The notes under the pieces were generated by a model. It did no database searches. It was not told where the DNA came from and saw only the letters and a list, made by a program, of their open reading frames with translations. This document shows, in pieces, positions 47,126 to 56,435 of a stretch of DNA of 64,000 nucleotides. Position numbers and translations under genes: made by a program. Position 1 is the first letter of the stretch. The number at the start of each line of letters is the position of its first letter. Location: positions 248,001-312,000 of IMG/VR virus record IMGVR_UViG_3300024259_002152; one strand, 5' to 3'.

Positions 47126-48193
47126 ATGAAAATAGAAGATGTTGGTAATAGCTCTTTTAAATGTAAATTATTGTTAGGGAATGCTAAAAATGTTTTGCAA
47201 GATATCCCTGAAAATACTTTTCATATGGCAGTGACAAGTCCTCCTTATTGGGACCAAAGAGACTATAACGTAGATGGTCAATTAGGTCAAGAAAATAGCC
47301 CTGAAGAGTATGTAGAGAATTTAGTCGCTATCTGTAGAGAAGTAAGAAGAGTTATTAGGGAAGATGGCACTTTTTGGCTTAATATCGGAGACGGTTATTG
47401 TAAGAAAACTATTAAATCTTCAAATCTTAAACAAAAAGATTTAGTAGGTATACCGTGGATGGTTGCGTTTGCTCTTAGGCAAGATGGGTGGTATTTACGA
47501 AGTGATATTATTTGGAAAAAAACAAATCCTATGCCCGAGAGTGTAAGAACAAGACCTTCTAAATCTTATGAACATTTATTTCTTTTCTCCAAATCGGAAA
47601 ATTATTTCTATGATGCAGAAGCTATAGCAGAGCCACAGAAAGAGATTTCTGTTAAAAGAGCTTATTCTAAAAATAGAGTAGAAAAGAGAAAAGATTATCA
47701 AAATGATAATTATGCTATTAGTGGTAAGTCCCAAGATAAAACATATAGAAAGATGAGAAAAATATTAGACGAGATGGGAGAAGATGAGGTCATCACGTGT
47801 AATAAAAAAGATGTTTGGGAAATAGCTACTGCCGACAATAAGGTTAAACATTTTGCCATCTATCCAAGAGAATTAGTTAAGCCTTGCATTTTGGCAGGTA
47901 GTTCTTCGAAAGGTTGTTGTCCAAAATGCCAATCTCCATGGATTATGGAAAAGGGAAAAAATTGGGAACCAAGTTGTAATTGTGGAGAAACAGAAGTAAA
48001 AGAATGTATTGTTCTAGATCCTTTCAATGGGTCAGGAACTACAGGAATGATATGTAGAGAATATGGTAGAAAGTATGTAGGAATAGATATTAGTGAGGAA
48101 TATTTATCTTATGCAAGAGATGCTTTGATAGGAGAGAGGAGAGCAGAAATGGCAGAAGAAGTAGATTCTATTCAACAACTTAAAGTTTTGTAA
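47126..48193 (+). CDS. DNA N4/N6 methyltransferase, beta class (paralog of 12369-13511)
   Basis: TSPPYW, HFAIYP, DPFNGSGTT. Confidence 0.92.
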   Translation: MKIEDVGNSSFKCKLLLGNAKNVLQDIPENTFHMAVTSPPYWDQRDYNVDGQLGQENSPEEYVENLVAICREVRRVIREDGTFWLNIGDGYCKKTIKSSNLKQKDLVGIPWMVAFALRQDGWYLRSDIIWKKTNPMPESVRTRPSKSYEHLFLFSKSENYFYDAEAIAEPQKEISVKRAYSKNRVEKRKDYQNDNYAISGKSQDKTYRKMRKILDEMGEDEVITCNKKDVWEIATADNKVKHFAIYPRELVKPCILAGSSSKGCCPKCQSPWIMEKGKNWEPSCNCGETEVKECIVLDPFNGSGTTGMICREYGRKYVGIDISEEYLSYARDALIGERRAEMAEEVDSIQQLKVL

Positions 48194-48230
48194 AATAAGA
48201 ACTTACAGAAATCTTACAATTTAGGAGTGA

Positions 48231-48283
48231 AAAATTCCAGACAACGCTTTTCTTAAAATTATAGCATAGAAAGTGTGTTTTTG
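48231..48283 (+). repeat. TTCCAGACAA element copy 3
   Basis: AAAATTCCAGACAACGCTTTTCTTAAAATTATAGCATAGAAAGTGTGTTTT. Confidence 0.85.
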
Positions 48284-48312
48284 AAGAAAGTATAGATATA
48301 GAAAGGGCTGTT

Positions 48313-49002
48313 ATGGTAGTTAAATTGACTCATCCATTTTTGATGGAATGTATTGATCCTAAGGGTCTTTTAAGGAATAACCTTAAAAGCAAATCTATGA
48401 CATTCTCCATGTTTTCTGGCCGACTTAGAAAGCAAGCTACAAAGTATGCGACAGGTGGGGATGGTAAAGTAAACGAAGATAAAGAAAATAAATACAAAGG
48501 TAATGGGTTTGAGTTATTCTGTGAGATATTTGTAAGAATATTTGGTTTTGATATGCTGGTTTCAATAAATCCCGATTCTTATGAAATAGTTGCTGATGGT
48601 GATGATACAGGAGTTGATGGAATAGGAATAGGTAACAATGGAAAAATTCATACCTTACAAGCCAAGTTTTGTATCGGCACAGAAGAATTAACAGCTAATA
48701 GGCAACATCTTACAAATTTCACTTCTGCATCTATGCTTAGGTATAATGTTAATAAAGATGAAGTATGCAATCTTAATAGGCCTGGGATAAAAAGTAAAAT
48801 TAATATGACGATCATGCATACTGGTAAGGGTATTAATCATTATACTGAGAATGATATGCTTTGTGGGCTTATCAGAGAGATAGGTTTAAAGGATATCAAA
48901 AATAAAGTAGATGGTAATAATATTTTTTGGGAATGTTTTAGGAAATCATGGGACAAACATCTTACAGAACTTATGAAGAAAAAGAGAAATGATGAAAAAT
49001 AG
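48313..49002 (+). CDS. restriction endonuclease-like (PD-(D/E)xK / Mrr-type) protein
   Basis: G..FE.F, DTGVDGIG, LQAKF. Confidence 0.7.
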   Translation: MVVKLTHPFLMECIDPKGLLRNNLKSKSMTFSMFSGRLRKQATKYATGGDGKVNEDKENKYKGNGFELFCEIFVRIFGFDMLVSINPDSYEIVADGDDTGVDGIGIGNNGKIHTLQAKFCIGTEELTANRQHLTNFTSASMLRYNVNKDEVCNLNRPGIKSKINMTIMHTGKGINHYTENDMLCGLIREIGLKDIKNKVDGNNIFWECFRKSWDKHLTELMKKKRNDEK

Positions 49003-50743
49003 ATATTTGTATCCATATCAAGAATTGCTTATTGAAAAAAGTTTAGACCCATCTATGGAAAAAGGCAGAATAATATTACCTACTGCTTCTGGTAAGGGTG
49101 TTATTTGCAGAGATATCATACGCAGAATGATTATATCTTCTGAAAATAAACTCAATCAGTTTCTGGGGGCTATTTTCACTCCTCGTCTTCTTTTAAATAA
49201 ACAGTGGACAAATGATTGTAGGGAATATTTTGAAAAAATAGATAGACCTTATAATTTTGCTCTTGTTGGTTCTTTAGGATTTAATAAGGAAGAAGCGATA
49301 TCTATTGAAGAGGCGTTATATTTCATATCAGGAGTTGGGGTTGATGCTCCCTGTCATGCTAAAACAGCTAAAGATTTAAAAGAGTTTGTAGAAAGCAACA
49401 GGACAAAAGGTGTTAATACAATTGTAATTTCTACTTATCACTCTAATAGAATTGTTAGAGCCTCAGGACTGGTTTTTGATTGTGCTGTGTATGATGAAGC
49501 TCACTACCTGCCTGGCAGAGAGCCTCAGGCAGGAGCTACAAGAGCTATTGATGAATTGTTTGAAGCAACAGAAGTGTTAACAAAGAAAAAAATATTTACT
49601 ACTGCTACAGAAAAACTTGGAGATGATCTGTTTGATATTGAAGAGGATAATATAGAGTATAATGGCAGAGGTATGGAAAATGAAGATATTTATGGTGCTG
49701 AGATATTTGGATGGATAGATAAAAAAACAGGACGACATAGACGTGTTTCTCCAAGAGATTTAATTGAATTCGGCTCAATATTGGAACCTAGAGTTTATGT
49801 TATTACAGATAATGACATAGACAAATATGAGCTTGATAGTCTTAGCGATGTTCCTAAAATAACTCCTGATCAGCCTCTGGGGCAACGTCAGGCAGAAGAA
49901 GTAGCTAAGGTTACTTTTATATCTTTTGAGGGCCATAAAAAAGAACTTAAAAAAGAGTCTGATTTTCCTGAGAAAATTGGGGCTAAGATGATGGTTGTTT
50001 GTGATGGTTTTAAAGAACTCGAGGGAATTAGAAACTCAAAAGAACTGCAAAATTTTAGGAGTAAAAATCCTAAGGTGAAATTATATTTTATTAGTTCTGA
50101 TTCTGATGGAGGCATATATATTCATGGGCAAGAAAAACAAAATTACAGTAATAAATCTAAAAAAGATTTTTTAGATGCTCTGAATAATTTGAGTTCTGAA
50201 GAAGATGCTATAATTTACCATATTGATATCCTTACTTGCGGAATTGATGTCCCTTCATTAACAGGTGTTTTATTCTTTAAAGAATGCAAGTTAATAAAAT
50301 TGCTTCAAAATATAGGTAGGGGTTCAAGACTTCATATCGAAGATAGAATAAGATGGGAAAATGGAGAGATCGAACCTGGAGGAAAAGGGTATATTAAACC
50401 TAGTTTTCATGTTTTACTCCCAATACTCAAACAGGACACTGAAGATTTTGTTAATAAATTTGTCAAAATAATAAATAGAATGAGGGATAATTATGGTTTT
50501 AAGGCTTATGAATTCTTACATATTGGGGCCACCAAAGAGCCTGGTGGAAAAGTGCCTATTGAAATTGCTGGACTAAAAACTCCTTTAAGTCAACTGAAAG
50601 ATAAAGCTGGTAGAGTCTATTATGAGTGGATAGAAGATAAAAGGATTAAAAGAGAAGAAAGAAAAATACAGGAAGAGATAGATAATCTTAAAAGATGGGT
50701 AGAGAATGGAGAATGGGATAAAATTGCAGAATATAAGAAATAA
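48989..50743 (+). CDS. superfamily II helicase (Res/ISP-like)
   Basis: PTASGK, STYHS, DEAH, TAT, GIDVP, QNIGRGSR. Confidence 0.88.
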   Translation: MMKNRYLYPYQELLIEKSLDPSMEKGRIILPTASGKGVICRDIIRRMIISSENKLNQFLGAIFTPRLLLNKQWTNDCREYFEKIDRPYNFALVGSLGFNKEEAISIEEALYFISGVGVDAPCHAKTAKDLKEFVESNRTKGVNTIVISTYHSNRIVRASGLVFDCAVYDEAHYLPGREPQAGATRAIDELFEATEVLTKKKIFTTATEKLGDDLFDIEEDNIEYNGRGMENEDIYGAEIFGWIDKKTGRHRRVSPRDLIEFGSILEPRVYVITDNDIDKYELDSLSDVPKITPDQPLGQRQAEEVAKVTFISFEGHKKELKKESDFPEKIGAKMMVVCDGFKELEGIRNSKELQNFRSKNPKVKLYFISSDSDGGIYIHGQEKQNYSNKSKKDFLDALNNLSSEEDAIIYHIDILTCGIDVPSLTGVLFFKECKLIKLLQNIGRGSRLHIEDRIRWENGEIEPGGKGYIKPSFHVLLPILKQDTEDFVNKFVKIINRMRDNYGFKAYEFLHIGATKEPGGKVPIEIAGLKTPLSQLKDKAGRVYYEWIEDKRIKREERKIQEEIDNLKRWVENGEWDKIAEYKK

Positions 50744-50747
50744 CTCT

Positions 50748-50770
50748 TTCCAGGCGATGAGATTTTCAGT
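50748..50770 (+). repeat. TTCCAGACAA element copy 4 (degenerate)
   Basis: TTCCAGGCGATGAGATTTTCA just after stop. Confidence 0.5.
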
Positions 50771-50811
50771 TTAGTAAAGTGTAAATGATGTTATAAATAT
50801 AAGGAAGCAAG

Positions 50812-51999
50812 ATGGAGCTTACTGAAAAGTTAAAGAAAGAAGCTGTAAGGGGACTTATTAAAGAGATATGCAAAGAAGATGGCTCTATACAAAATGTCCA
50901 TACTCCTTATTCTCTTTGTGAAGATATAATAGAAAAGGCAGTTGATTATATTGAAGATTTAGAGAATAAAAGTATTCTTGTTATGTTTAACCTTGAATTT
51001 ATTGATAGTCTTATTGACTTGGGTATAGATCCTAAGAATATAACTTTTATGTCAGATTCAGAACAAAGAAGAGGTTTGGCAGAAAATTTTTATGAAGTTG
51101 AAGCTATTGAATTTAAATTATCAGATTTAAATGGAGATAATATAATGGGTAAACAATTCGACCATGTGATTGGTAATCCTCCTTATCATAAAAAAGGAAA
51201 TGAAAAAGACACAAAGACGCAAGCGATATGGCCATCATTTGTTGATTTGTCTTTACAGTATTGTAAGGATGATGGGCATTTGTGTTTTGTGCATCCATCA
51301 GGGTGGAGAGGAAATGGAATGTATAAAAAAATAGGTAGGTTGATGAAATCAAAGCAGATAGAATATTTAGAAATTCATGATGAAAAAGATGGGATGAAAG
51401 TATTCGATGCTGAGACAAGATATGATTGGTATGTTTTGCAAAATAAATATAATGAAGATGTTACCGAAATTAAAGACCAAATAGGGAAAATCTCTAAAAT
51501 AAATATAAGAGACATGGAGATAATTCCTAATTTTAACATTATAGATGTTCAGAATCTCATTGCTAAAGATGGGGAGGAAAAGGTTACCGTTCTGTCAGAT
51601 TCTACATATCATACTCAATCTGGTGTTAAAAAAGGGTTTATGAGCGAAACAGAAACAAAGACACATAAATATCCGTGTGTGTATGTGGTTAACTCTGTGG
51701 GAGAAATGCAATTATGGTATTCTTCTGTAAAAAAAGGACATTTTGGGACAACCAAGCTTATATTTTCTAATGGCAGAATATCTTCTGCTAATTATTTTGT
51801 AGATCAAAATGGAGAATACGGTTTGACTCAATTTTCTTATGGGATTATAGACAGTATCGAGAATTTGAGAGATATATATAAAGCAATGAGAACTAAAGAA
51901 TTTAAAAATTTAATGGAGGCATGTTCGATAGGAATGCTTACTATTAATAAAGATGTTTTAAAAACATTCCGTAAAGATTTTTGGAAGGAGTTTGTATAA
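50812..51999 (+). CDS. Eco57I-like N6-adenine methyltransferase domain + target recognition region
   Basis: FDHVIGNPPY, W..FV, GHLCFVHPSGW; no clear FxGxG motif. Confidence 0.8.
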   Translation: MELTEKLKKEAVRGLIKEICKEDGSIQNVHTPYSLCEDIIEKAVDYIEDLENKSILVMFNLEFIDSLIDLGIDPKNITFMSDSEQRRGLAENFYEVEAIEFKLSDLNGDNIMGKQFDHVIGNPPYHKKGNEKDTKTQAIWPSFVDLSLQYCKDDGHLCFVHPSGWRGNGMYKKIGRLMKSKQIEYLEIHDEKDGMKVFDAETRYDWYVLQNKYNEDVTEIKDQIGKISKINIRDMEIIPNFNIIDVQNLIAKDGEEKVTVLSDSTYHTQSGVKKGFMSETETKTHKYPCVYVVNSVGEMQLWYSSVKKGHFGTTKLIFSNGRISSANYFVDQNGEYGLTQFSYGIIDSIENLRDIYKAMRTKEFKNLMEACSIGMLTINKDVLKTFRKDFWKEFV

Positions 52000-52604
52000 T
52001 GGTGAAAGAAATAACAAATACAGAACAAGTTTTAAAGAATGAGGAAAGAAGAAAAAAAGAGCAGAAGCAAACCGCAGAAGTATTCACACCTGATTCATTA
52101 GTGAATGAAATGTTAGATAAATTGCCTGAGGAATCGTGGAAAGAGAGGAAAACTTTTATAGACCCTGCTTGTGGTAATGGTAATTTTTTAGTTCATATAT
52201 TAAATAGAAAATTAAAAAGAGGCCATGATTCAGTTGGAGCTTTAAAATCTATTTATGGGCTTGATATTGAACAGAGTAATATTTTTGAATGTAGATTAAG
52301 ACTTTTAAAAATTGTTAGTTTGCAAGAAGAACTAACTGAAGAACATCTTAAAGCAGTTACTATAAATATTAAATATTTAAATAGTAAAAAGTGGCCTAAT
52401 GGTTCTCTTGACTATGATATGGAATTTAGAAATAATGCTAATCTTCAAACTATTAAAGAATGGTTAGAAGATATTAAAAAAAATGGTCTCGATCATGTGG
52501 CTATACCTGATAATATTGAATACACTATCGCAACCCCAGCTTTGGAAAATGGGAAAATATCAAACAGGAATGTAGAAAGTATTGATATGTTTGGAGATGA
52601 TTAA
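51999..52604 (+). CDS. SAM-binding N6 methylase-like subunit
   Basis: EVFTP..LV.EML, DPACGNGNFL, IYGLDI; no NPPY. Confidence 0.8.
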   Translation: MVKEITNTEQVLKNEERRKKEQKQTAEVFTPDSLVNEMLDKLPEESWKERKTFIDPACGNGNFLVHILNRKLKRGHDSVGALKSIYGLDIEQSNIFECRLRLLKIVSLQEELTEEHLKAVTINIKYLNSKKWPNGSLDYDMEFRNNANLQTIKEWLEDIKKNGLDHVAIPDNIEYTIATPALENGKISNRNVESIDMFGDD

Positions 52605-52698
52605 AAATTCCAGACAACGCTTTTCTTAAAATAGTAGCATAGAAAGTGTGTTTTTCAACTAGAACAGTGTTTTTTAAAGAAACGAAGGCGCAAAAATG
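52604..52698 (+). repeat. TTCCAGACAA element copy 5 (long form)
   Basis: Core at 52608, abutting stop codon. Confidence 0.85.
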
Positions 52699-53016
52699 GC
52701 ATTAGAAGTTACAATTATTCCCATCAAATGGCAAAAATTAGATGACAATATCCCTACTCTTAACTGTCCTGTTTGTGGAAAAGAGTGGGAACAAGAAGGA
52801 GGATATCCAGTAACTCCTTGTGAGCATCTAAAGTTTCGTTATCTAGAGGGAATTAATGTTGAATACTTCGGAGACTGGGATCATAACAATTTTGATTTGG
52901 ATGAAGTTTTGAAGGGCAAAATAACTGATCAGATTAGTGTTATATATCTATTTGAAGGGACCTCTATGTCTTGCGGTCCCGTTTTTACGAGTATTTACTA
53001 TGGCGTAAAAGAGTAA
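52696..53016 (+). CDS. hypothetical protein (CPVC..PCEH)
   Basis: Putative Zn-binding residues. Confidence 0.7.
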   Translation: MALEVTIIPIKWQKLDDNIPTLNCPVCGKEWEQEGGYPVTPCEHLKFRYLEGINVEYFGDWDHNNFDLDEVLKGKITDQISVIYLFEGTSMSCGPVFTSIYYGVKE

Positions 53017-53025
53017 TATTTCGTA

Positions 53026-53062
53026 AAAATTCCAGACAACGCTTTTTTCAGGGTTGTAAGAT
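53026..53062 (+). repeat. TTCCAGACAA element copy 6 (short form)
   Basis: Core at 53030. Confidence 0.8.
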
Positions 53063-53275
53063 ATGAAAAAGTTAATTGAAGCATTACAAATATTGTTGAA
53101 ATATGGTAATCCTGCTTATCCTACTCATTGCGAACATGATGTATTGATTATTTGTGGAATAGAACCTAAGAATGTCTCTCAAGAAGATATTGAGAAATTG
53201 GGTGAATTAGGATTTATTATTAGTAAAGAATACGGGACCGAGTCTTTCAGTTCATTTCGATATGGATCTGCATAA
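53063..53275 (+). CDS. hypothetical phage protein
   Basis: LIEALQI.LKY, PTHCEHD. Confidence 0.75.
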   Translation: MKKLIEALQILLKYGNPAYPTHCEHDVLIICGIEPKNVSQEDIEKLGELGFIISKEYGTESFSSFRYGSA

Positions 53276-53370
53276 AATTCCAGACAACGCTTTTCTCAGA
53301 ATTATAGCATAGAAAGTGTGTTTTTTTAACAATAGAGTGGTTTTTAACAAGAAACGGAGATGTAGCGATG
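53274..53370 (+). repeat. TTCCAGACAA element copy 7 (long form)
   Basis: Core at 53278, abutting stop codon. Confidence 0.85.
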
Positions 53371-53823
53371 AACGATGCAAAAAAGAAGTCGATTTTGGAC
53401 AAGTATGAGAGTTGGGAAAGTGTTCCTGCCGCTATTAAGGCATGGATTACTACGGATGCCATAAAAGAGGGTAAAAACCCTGTTATGGTTCGGGCTGGCT
53501 ACAAAGCAGCATTCAAGAGAATCCAGAACAATACCACTTTTACCATCGTGAGAGAAGATGGTGGGTATCTGGGCGGCTGTGTGAGTTCGATTCCTCTTCA
53601 TCATGTCATTAAGGCAAGAAGTGAACAGATGCTCACGGACAAGATTGGAAGAATCTATGAGGACATCCTGGAAGGTAGTAATAAGGATTCCAAGGGATAT
53701 TGGAAGGCAATGTCTTTGAAAAAAGAGAATATTACTTCTCTAGTCGAAGATTTAGAAGCTATTACTGTTGATGGTGTCGAACTCCAAATCATCAGCGATC
53801 CTGAGCATGTAGAGATCCTCTAA
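53368..53823 (+). CDS. hypothetical protein
   Basis: GGAG RBS; higher GC. Confidence 0.75.
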   Translation: MNDAKKKSILDKYESWESVPAAIKAWITTDAIKEGKNPVMVRAGYKAAFKRIQNNTTFTIVREDGGYLGGCVSSIPLHHVIKARSEQMLTDKIGRIYEDILEGSNKDSKGYWKAMSLKKENITSLVEDLEAITVDGVELQIISDPEHVEIL

Positions 53824-53890
53824 CGTATAAGAGAATATGGATCAGCGTCTTAAACAACTATAAAAATAAAGTAGACGCTACCCTAGATCA

Positions 53891-53921
53891 AAGGCACAAG
53901 CTAATAACTTGTGCCTTTTTT
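53891..53921 (+). terminator. intrinsic terminator
   Basis: AAGGCACAAG...CTTGTGCCTT + T run, directly before repeat copy 8. Confidence 0.8.
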
Positions 53922-53926
53922 CATTT

Positions 53927-53960
53927 TTCCAGACAACGCTTTTCTCAAAGTTGTATAATA
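53927..53960 (+). repeat. TTCCAGACAA element copy 8
   Basis: CAGACA-N18-TATAAT. Confidence 0.8.
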
Positions 53961-53989
53961 AATGTGCTAATAAAGGTTGATAGAAAAGT

Positions 53990-54241
53990 ATGGAACAAAG
54001 TTATTTTTTAAGTAAATTAAAGACTCATATAGATAGAACGGCCAATGCTCATGACCCTCAAATCACCGCCAATGCTATTTATTTTATAACTAAACAATAT
54101 CCTGTAAGTGTAATCAGCAAAGAAGCTTACAGAGAAACCCTTAAGAAGATAAGAACTCATTTAGTAGAGAATTTTGGGTGGAAGATGACTGAGGTTCATA
54201 GATGTGTTTGTATCCTACATAGATTGATGAAAATATTTTAA
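53990..54241 (+). CDS. hypothetical protein
   Basis: ORF after repeat. Confidence 0.65.
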   Translation: MEQSYFLSKLKTHIDRTANAHDPQITANAIYFITKQYPVSVISKEAYRETLKKIRTHLVENFGWKMTEVHRCVCILHRLMKIF

Positions 54242-54250
54242 AAAAACATC

Positions 54251-54279
54251 TTGACATGAAAGTGGAAGAAGGGTAAAAT
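54251..54279 (+). promoter_or_regulatory. sigma70 promoter
   Basis: TTGACA-N17-TAAAAT with TGAAAGTG in spacer. Confidence 0.65.
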
Positions 54280-54286
54280 AGACATT

Positions 54287-54523
54287 ATGACATGGAAATC
54301 TATAAAAGGTGTAAAACCCCCTTCTTTGAAAAGAGTATGGATATCCTATTATATAGATGGGATTTTAACTAAACAATATCAAACTTATGCTAAAGCTGTA
54401 GGAAAAGATCCTCATGGAGATATTTTTTGGCATGATTTTATGACTGGCAAAGTTCTTGATAATAGTAGAATTACAGTGTCTCATTGGATGGCAATTCCTG
54501 ATAATCCAATTCTTAATTTATGA
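54287..54523 (+). CDS. DUF551-like phage protein
   Basis: W.SI...P ... VSHWMAIP..P. Confidence 0.65.
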   Translation: MTWKSIKGVKPPSLKRVWISYYIDGILTKQYQTYAKAVGKDPHGDIFWHDFMTGKVLDNSRITVSHWMAIPDNPILNL

Positions 54524-54570
54524 TGATTAGTAGTCGTAACTCACAATATTTTTTTGAAAGGTTTGGTATC

Positions 54571-55854
54571 ATGGCGAAGAGTAGTAAATCACGTAGGAAA
54601 AAAGGCGGGTCTGCCCCTGTAACTCCTAGGCAGACAATTGTTCACGAAATCTCTCAAGCAACTAATGAGACAATCGTTCCCGAAAAAATGAGAACCCCAA
54701 AAATCTCTCATTTTTTTATCGATGTCGTGAAGAAAGTTCAAAAAGGGGTGGCTTATTATTCGGGGGATATGAGTTTGGCTGAGTTAGCAGCTTTGACTCA
54801 TGTGGATAATTACGATGGGGAGTGTGCGGATGTGGCAGGTAAGGGTCAAAGAGCATTGTGCGAAACGAGAGGTAAGCAATTTATGAATTTTATTGCTGAC
54901 CGAGACAATCTATGTTTTATGGAGATCCTTCTTAATGAACGTGAAAAAGAGATAACATTCACGTCTCTAAAACAAATGGGAATTTCTGTTCCTCAATATG
55001 ACAAATTGTCAGCTATGCATGGGGTTCTTGAGATTCCTATTTCTGTTAGATTGTATGTCTATGATGGGCAAACAAGACGGTTTGGTTATTTAAGTTTGCT
55101 TCATTTTGATCTAGACATGTTGGGAACAGATGCTTATAAGAGTTTTAAACATATGAGAGTTCCTTTCTGTTTATGTCAGGTATCTGCTGGTCAAGAAACA
55201 ACTTTGTTTCTTCATCACAATAAGCAAACTTCAGTGCCTAATGATCATAAGGCAATGGTTTCTTGGCATGCAAATAAATCATCAAGTCAGGTAAAGACTG
55301 ATAGTTATTCCGAGAAAACACGTTCCGTCATTGCTGGTATGACATTCATGATGGATAGAGATAGAACTAATCCATGGTATGGAAGAATTGGTATGCCCGA
55401 TCTTCCTAAGGAAGAAAATAAGCTACGCTTGGGAACACAGGGCAGCTTTAATACAGGACTGAAACGTTTTGTTGGATGGTTGAATAACCAATATTGGAGT
55501 CCTGAAACTTCTTACGAGGAAAAGAGTCAGGACTTGAAAGAAATATGCACCGTATTCTGGAGATCAGTGCAAAAAGTTTGCCCCAAGATATGGAGAACTC
55601 CTGAAGATTATATTCAGTTAAAATCTTTTGGAATTGCAACTTTAAGTTTGCTGATGCATACTCTGTATATCGATTTTTTCGATAGAGATATCGAATGGAC
55701 TATTGATAACATTCATAAGCATTTGAAGAAGAGTAAAATTATTACAACTCCTAAAATGTGGGAATGTGGCGGAGAACTCTCCAAAAGGGGAGGTAATTAC
55801 AAATCTCTTCAATCTCTTGAGCGGGATATATATGACCAGATCAGAAGGAATTAG
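54571..55854 (+). CDS. DGQHR-domain (DndB/ParB-like) protein
   Basis: GQRAL...R, YDGQTR, E..LF...N. Confidence 0.75.
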   Translation: MAKSSKSRRKKGGSAPVTPRQTIVHEISQATNETIVPEKMRTPKISHFFIDVVKKVQKGVAYYSGDMSLAELAALTHVDNYDGECADVAGKGQRALCETRGKQFMNFIADRDNLCFMEILLNEREKEITFTSLKQMGISVPQYDKLSAMHGVLEIPISVRLYVYDGQTRRFGYLSLLHFDLDMLGTDAYKSFKHMRVPFCLCQVSAGQETTLFLHHNKQTSVPNDHKAMVSWHANKSSSQVKTDSYSEKTRSVIAGMTFMMDRDRTNPWYGRIGMPDLPKEENKLRLGTQGSFNTGLKRFVGWLNNQYWSPETSYEEKSQDLKEICTVFWRSVQKVCPKIWRTPEDYIQLKSFGIATLSLLMHTLYIDFFDRDIEWTIDNIHKHLKKSKIITTPKMWECGGELSKRGGNYKSLQSLERDIYDQIRRN

Positions 55855-55861
55855 AAGCTAC

Positions 55862-55895
55862 GGGGAGTGGTTAATATCCACTCCCCTTCTTTTTT
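55862..55895 (+). terminator. intrinsic terminator
   Basis: GGGGAGTGG-TTAATAT-CCACTCCCC + T run, directly before repeat copy 9. Confidence 0.8.
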
Positions 55896-55930
55896 CCAGA
55901 CAATGAGTTTCTCAAAATGGTGATATATAA
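55894..55930 (+). repeat. TTCCAGACAA element copy 9
   Basis: TTCCAGACAATGAGTTTCTCAAAAT. Confidence 0.8.
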
Positions 55931-56062
55931 ATGTTAATTCTGATAAACTTATTTTCGAGGAGATAAAGATGCCAAGAAATCGGACAATCTTATGGGAGCA
56001 ATAACAGATCGTCTTGATGGTGTTCCTTCTATTTTTAATGAATTTGAATTGGAAAAAAAGTA

Positions 56063-56380
56063 ATGGTAGAGCCAATTAAACCTAGAGAACTCACATCGTT
56101 ACCTAATCAAGTTCGATTATTGCCTAATGAAGTCATAGAAGCTTTTAATGAGTTAATAGTGGAAAAGTGGGATGGCAGTTCTTCTGTTATTTTGCAAATT
56201 GAGGCAATATCAAAAATTTTAAGAAAATTTAAATTTCAAGGGCTTACTAGGCAACAAATATTTAGAAGAAGATATCTGGAGATAGAGGGCATTTTTAGAA
56301 AAGTGGGTTGGAAAGTAACTTATAGTAGACCCTCTCATAGTCAAGATCCTTTTGAACCATTTTTCAAGTTTGAAAAGTAA
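56063..56380 (+). CDS. hypothetical phage protein
   Basis: P.EVIEAFNELI, FRKVGWKVTY..P. Confidence 0.75.
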   Translation: MVEPIKPRELTSLPNQVRLLPNEVIEAFNELIVEKWDGSSSVILQIEAISKILRKFKFQGLTRQQIFRRRYLEIEGIFRKVGWKVTYSRPSHSQDPFEPFFKFEK

Positions 56381-56435
56381 GTAAAAAAGTTATGAATTGG
56401 AAATACGAAGTAAAACTGAATGGTAGGAGAATATA

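Noticed and set aside
53843-53880. AGCGTCT/AGACGCT inverted repeat as a small RNA
   Set aside because: Only a 7-bp stem with a long A-rich loop; insufficient evidence
37801-55930. TTCCAGACAA repeats as a CRISPR array or integron attC sites
   Set aside because: Spacing is irregular and contains whole genes; no RYYYAAC/GTTRRRY palindromic structure; no cas or integrase gene seen
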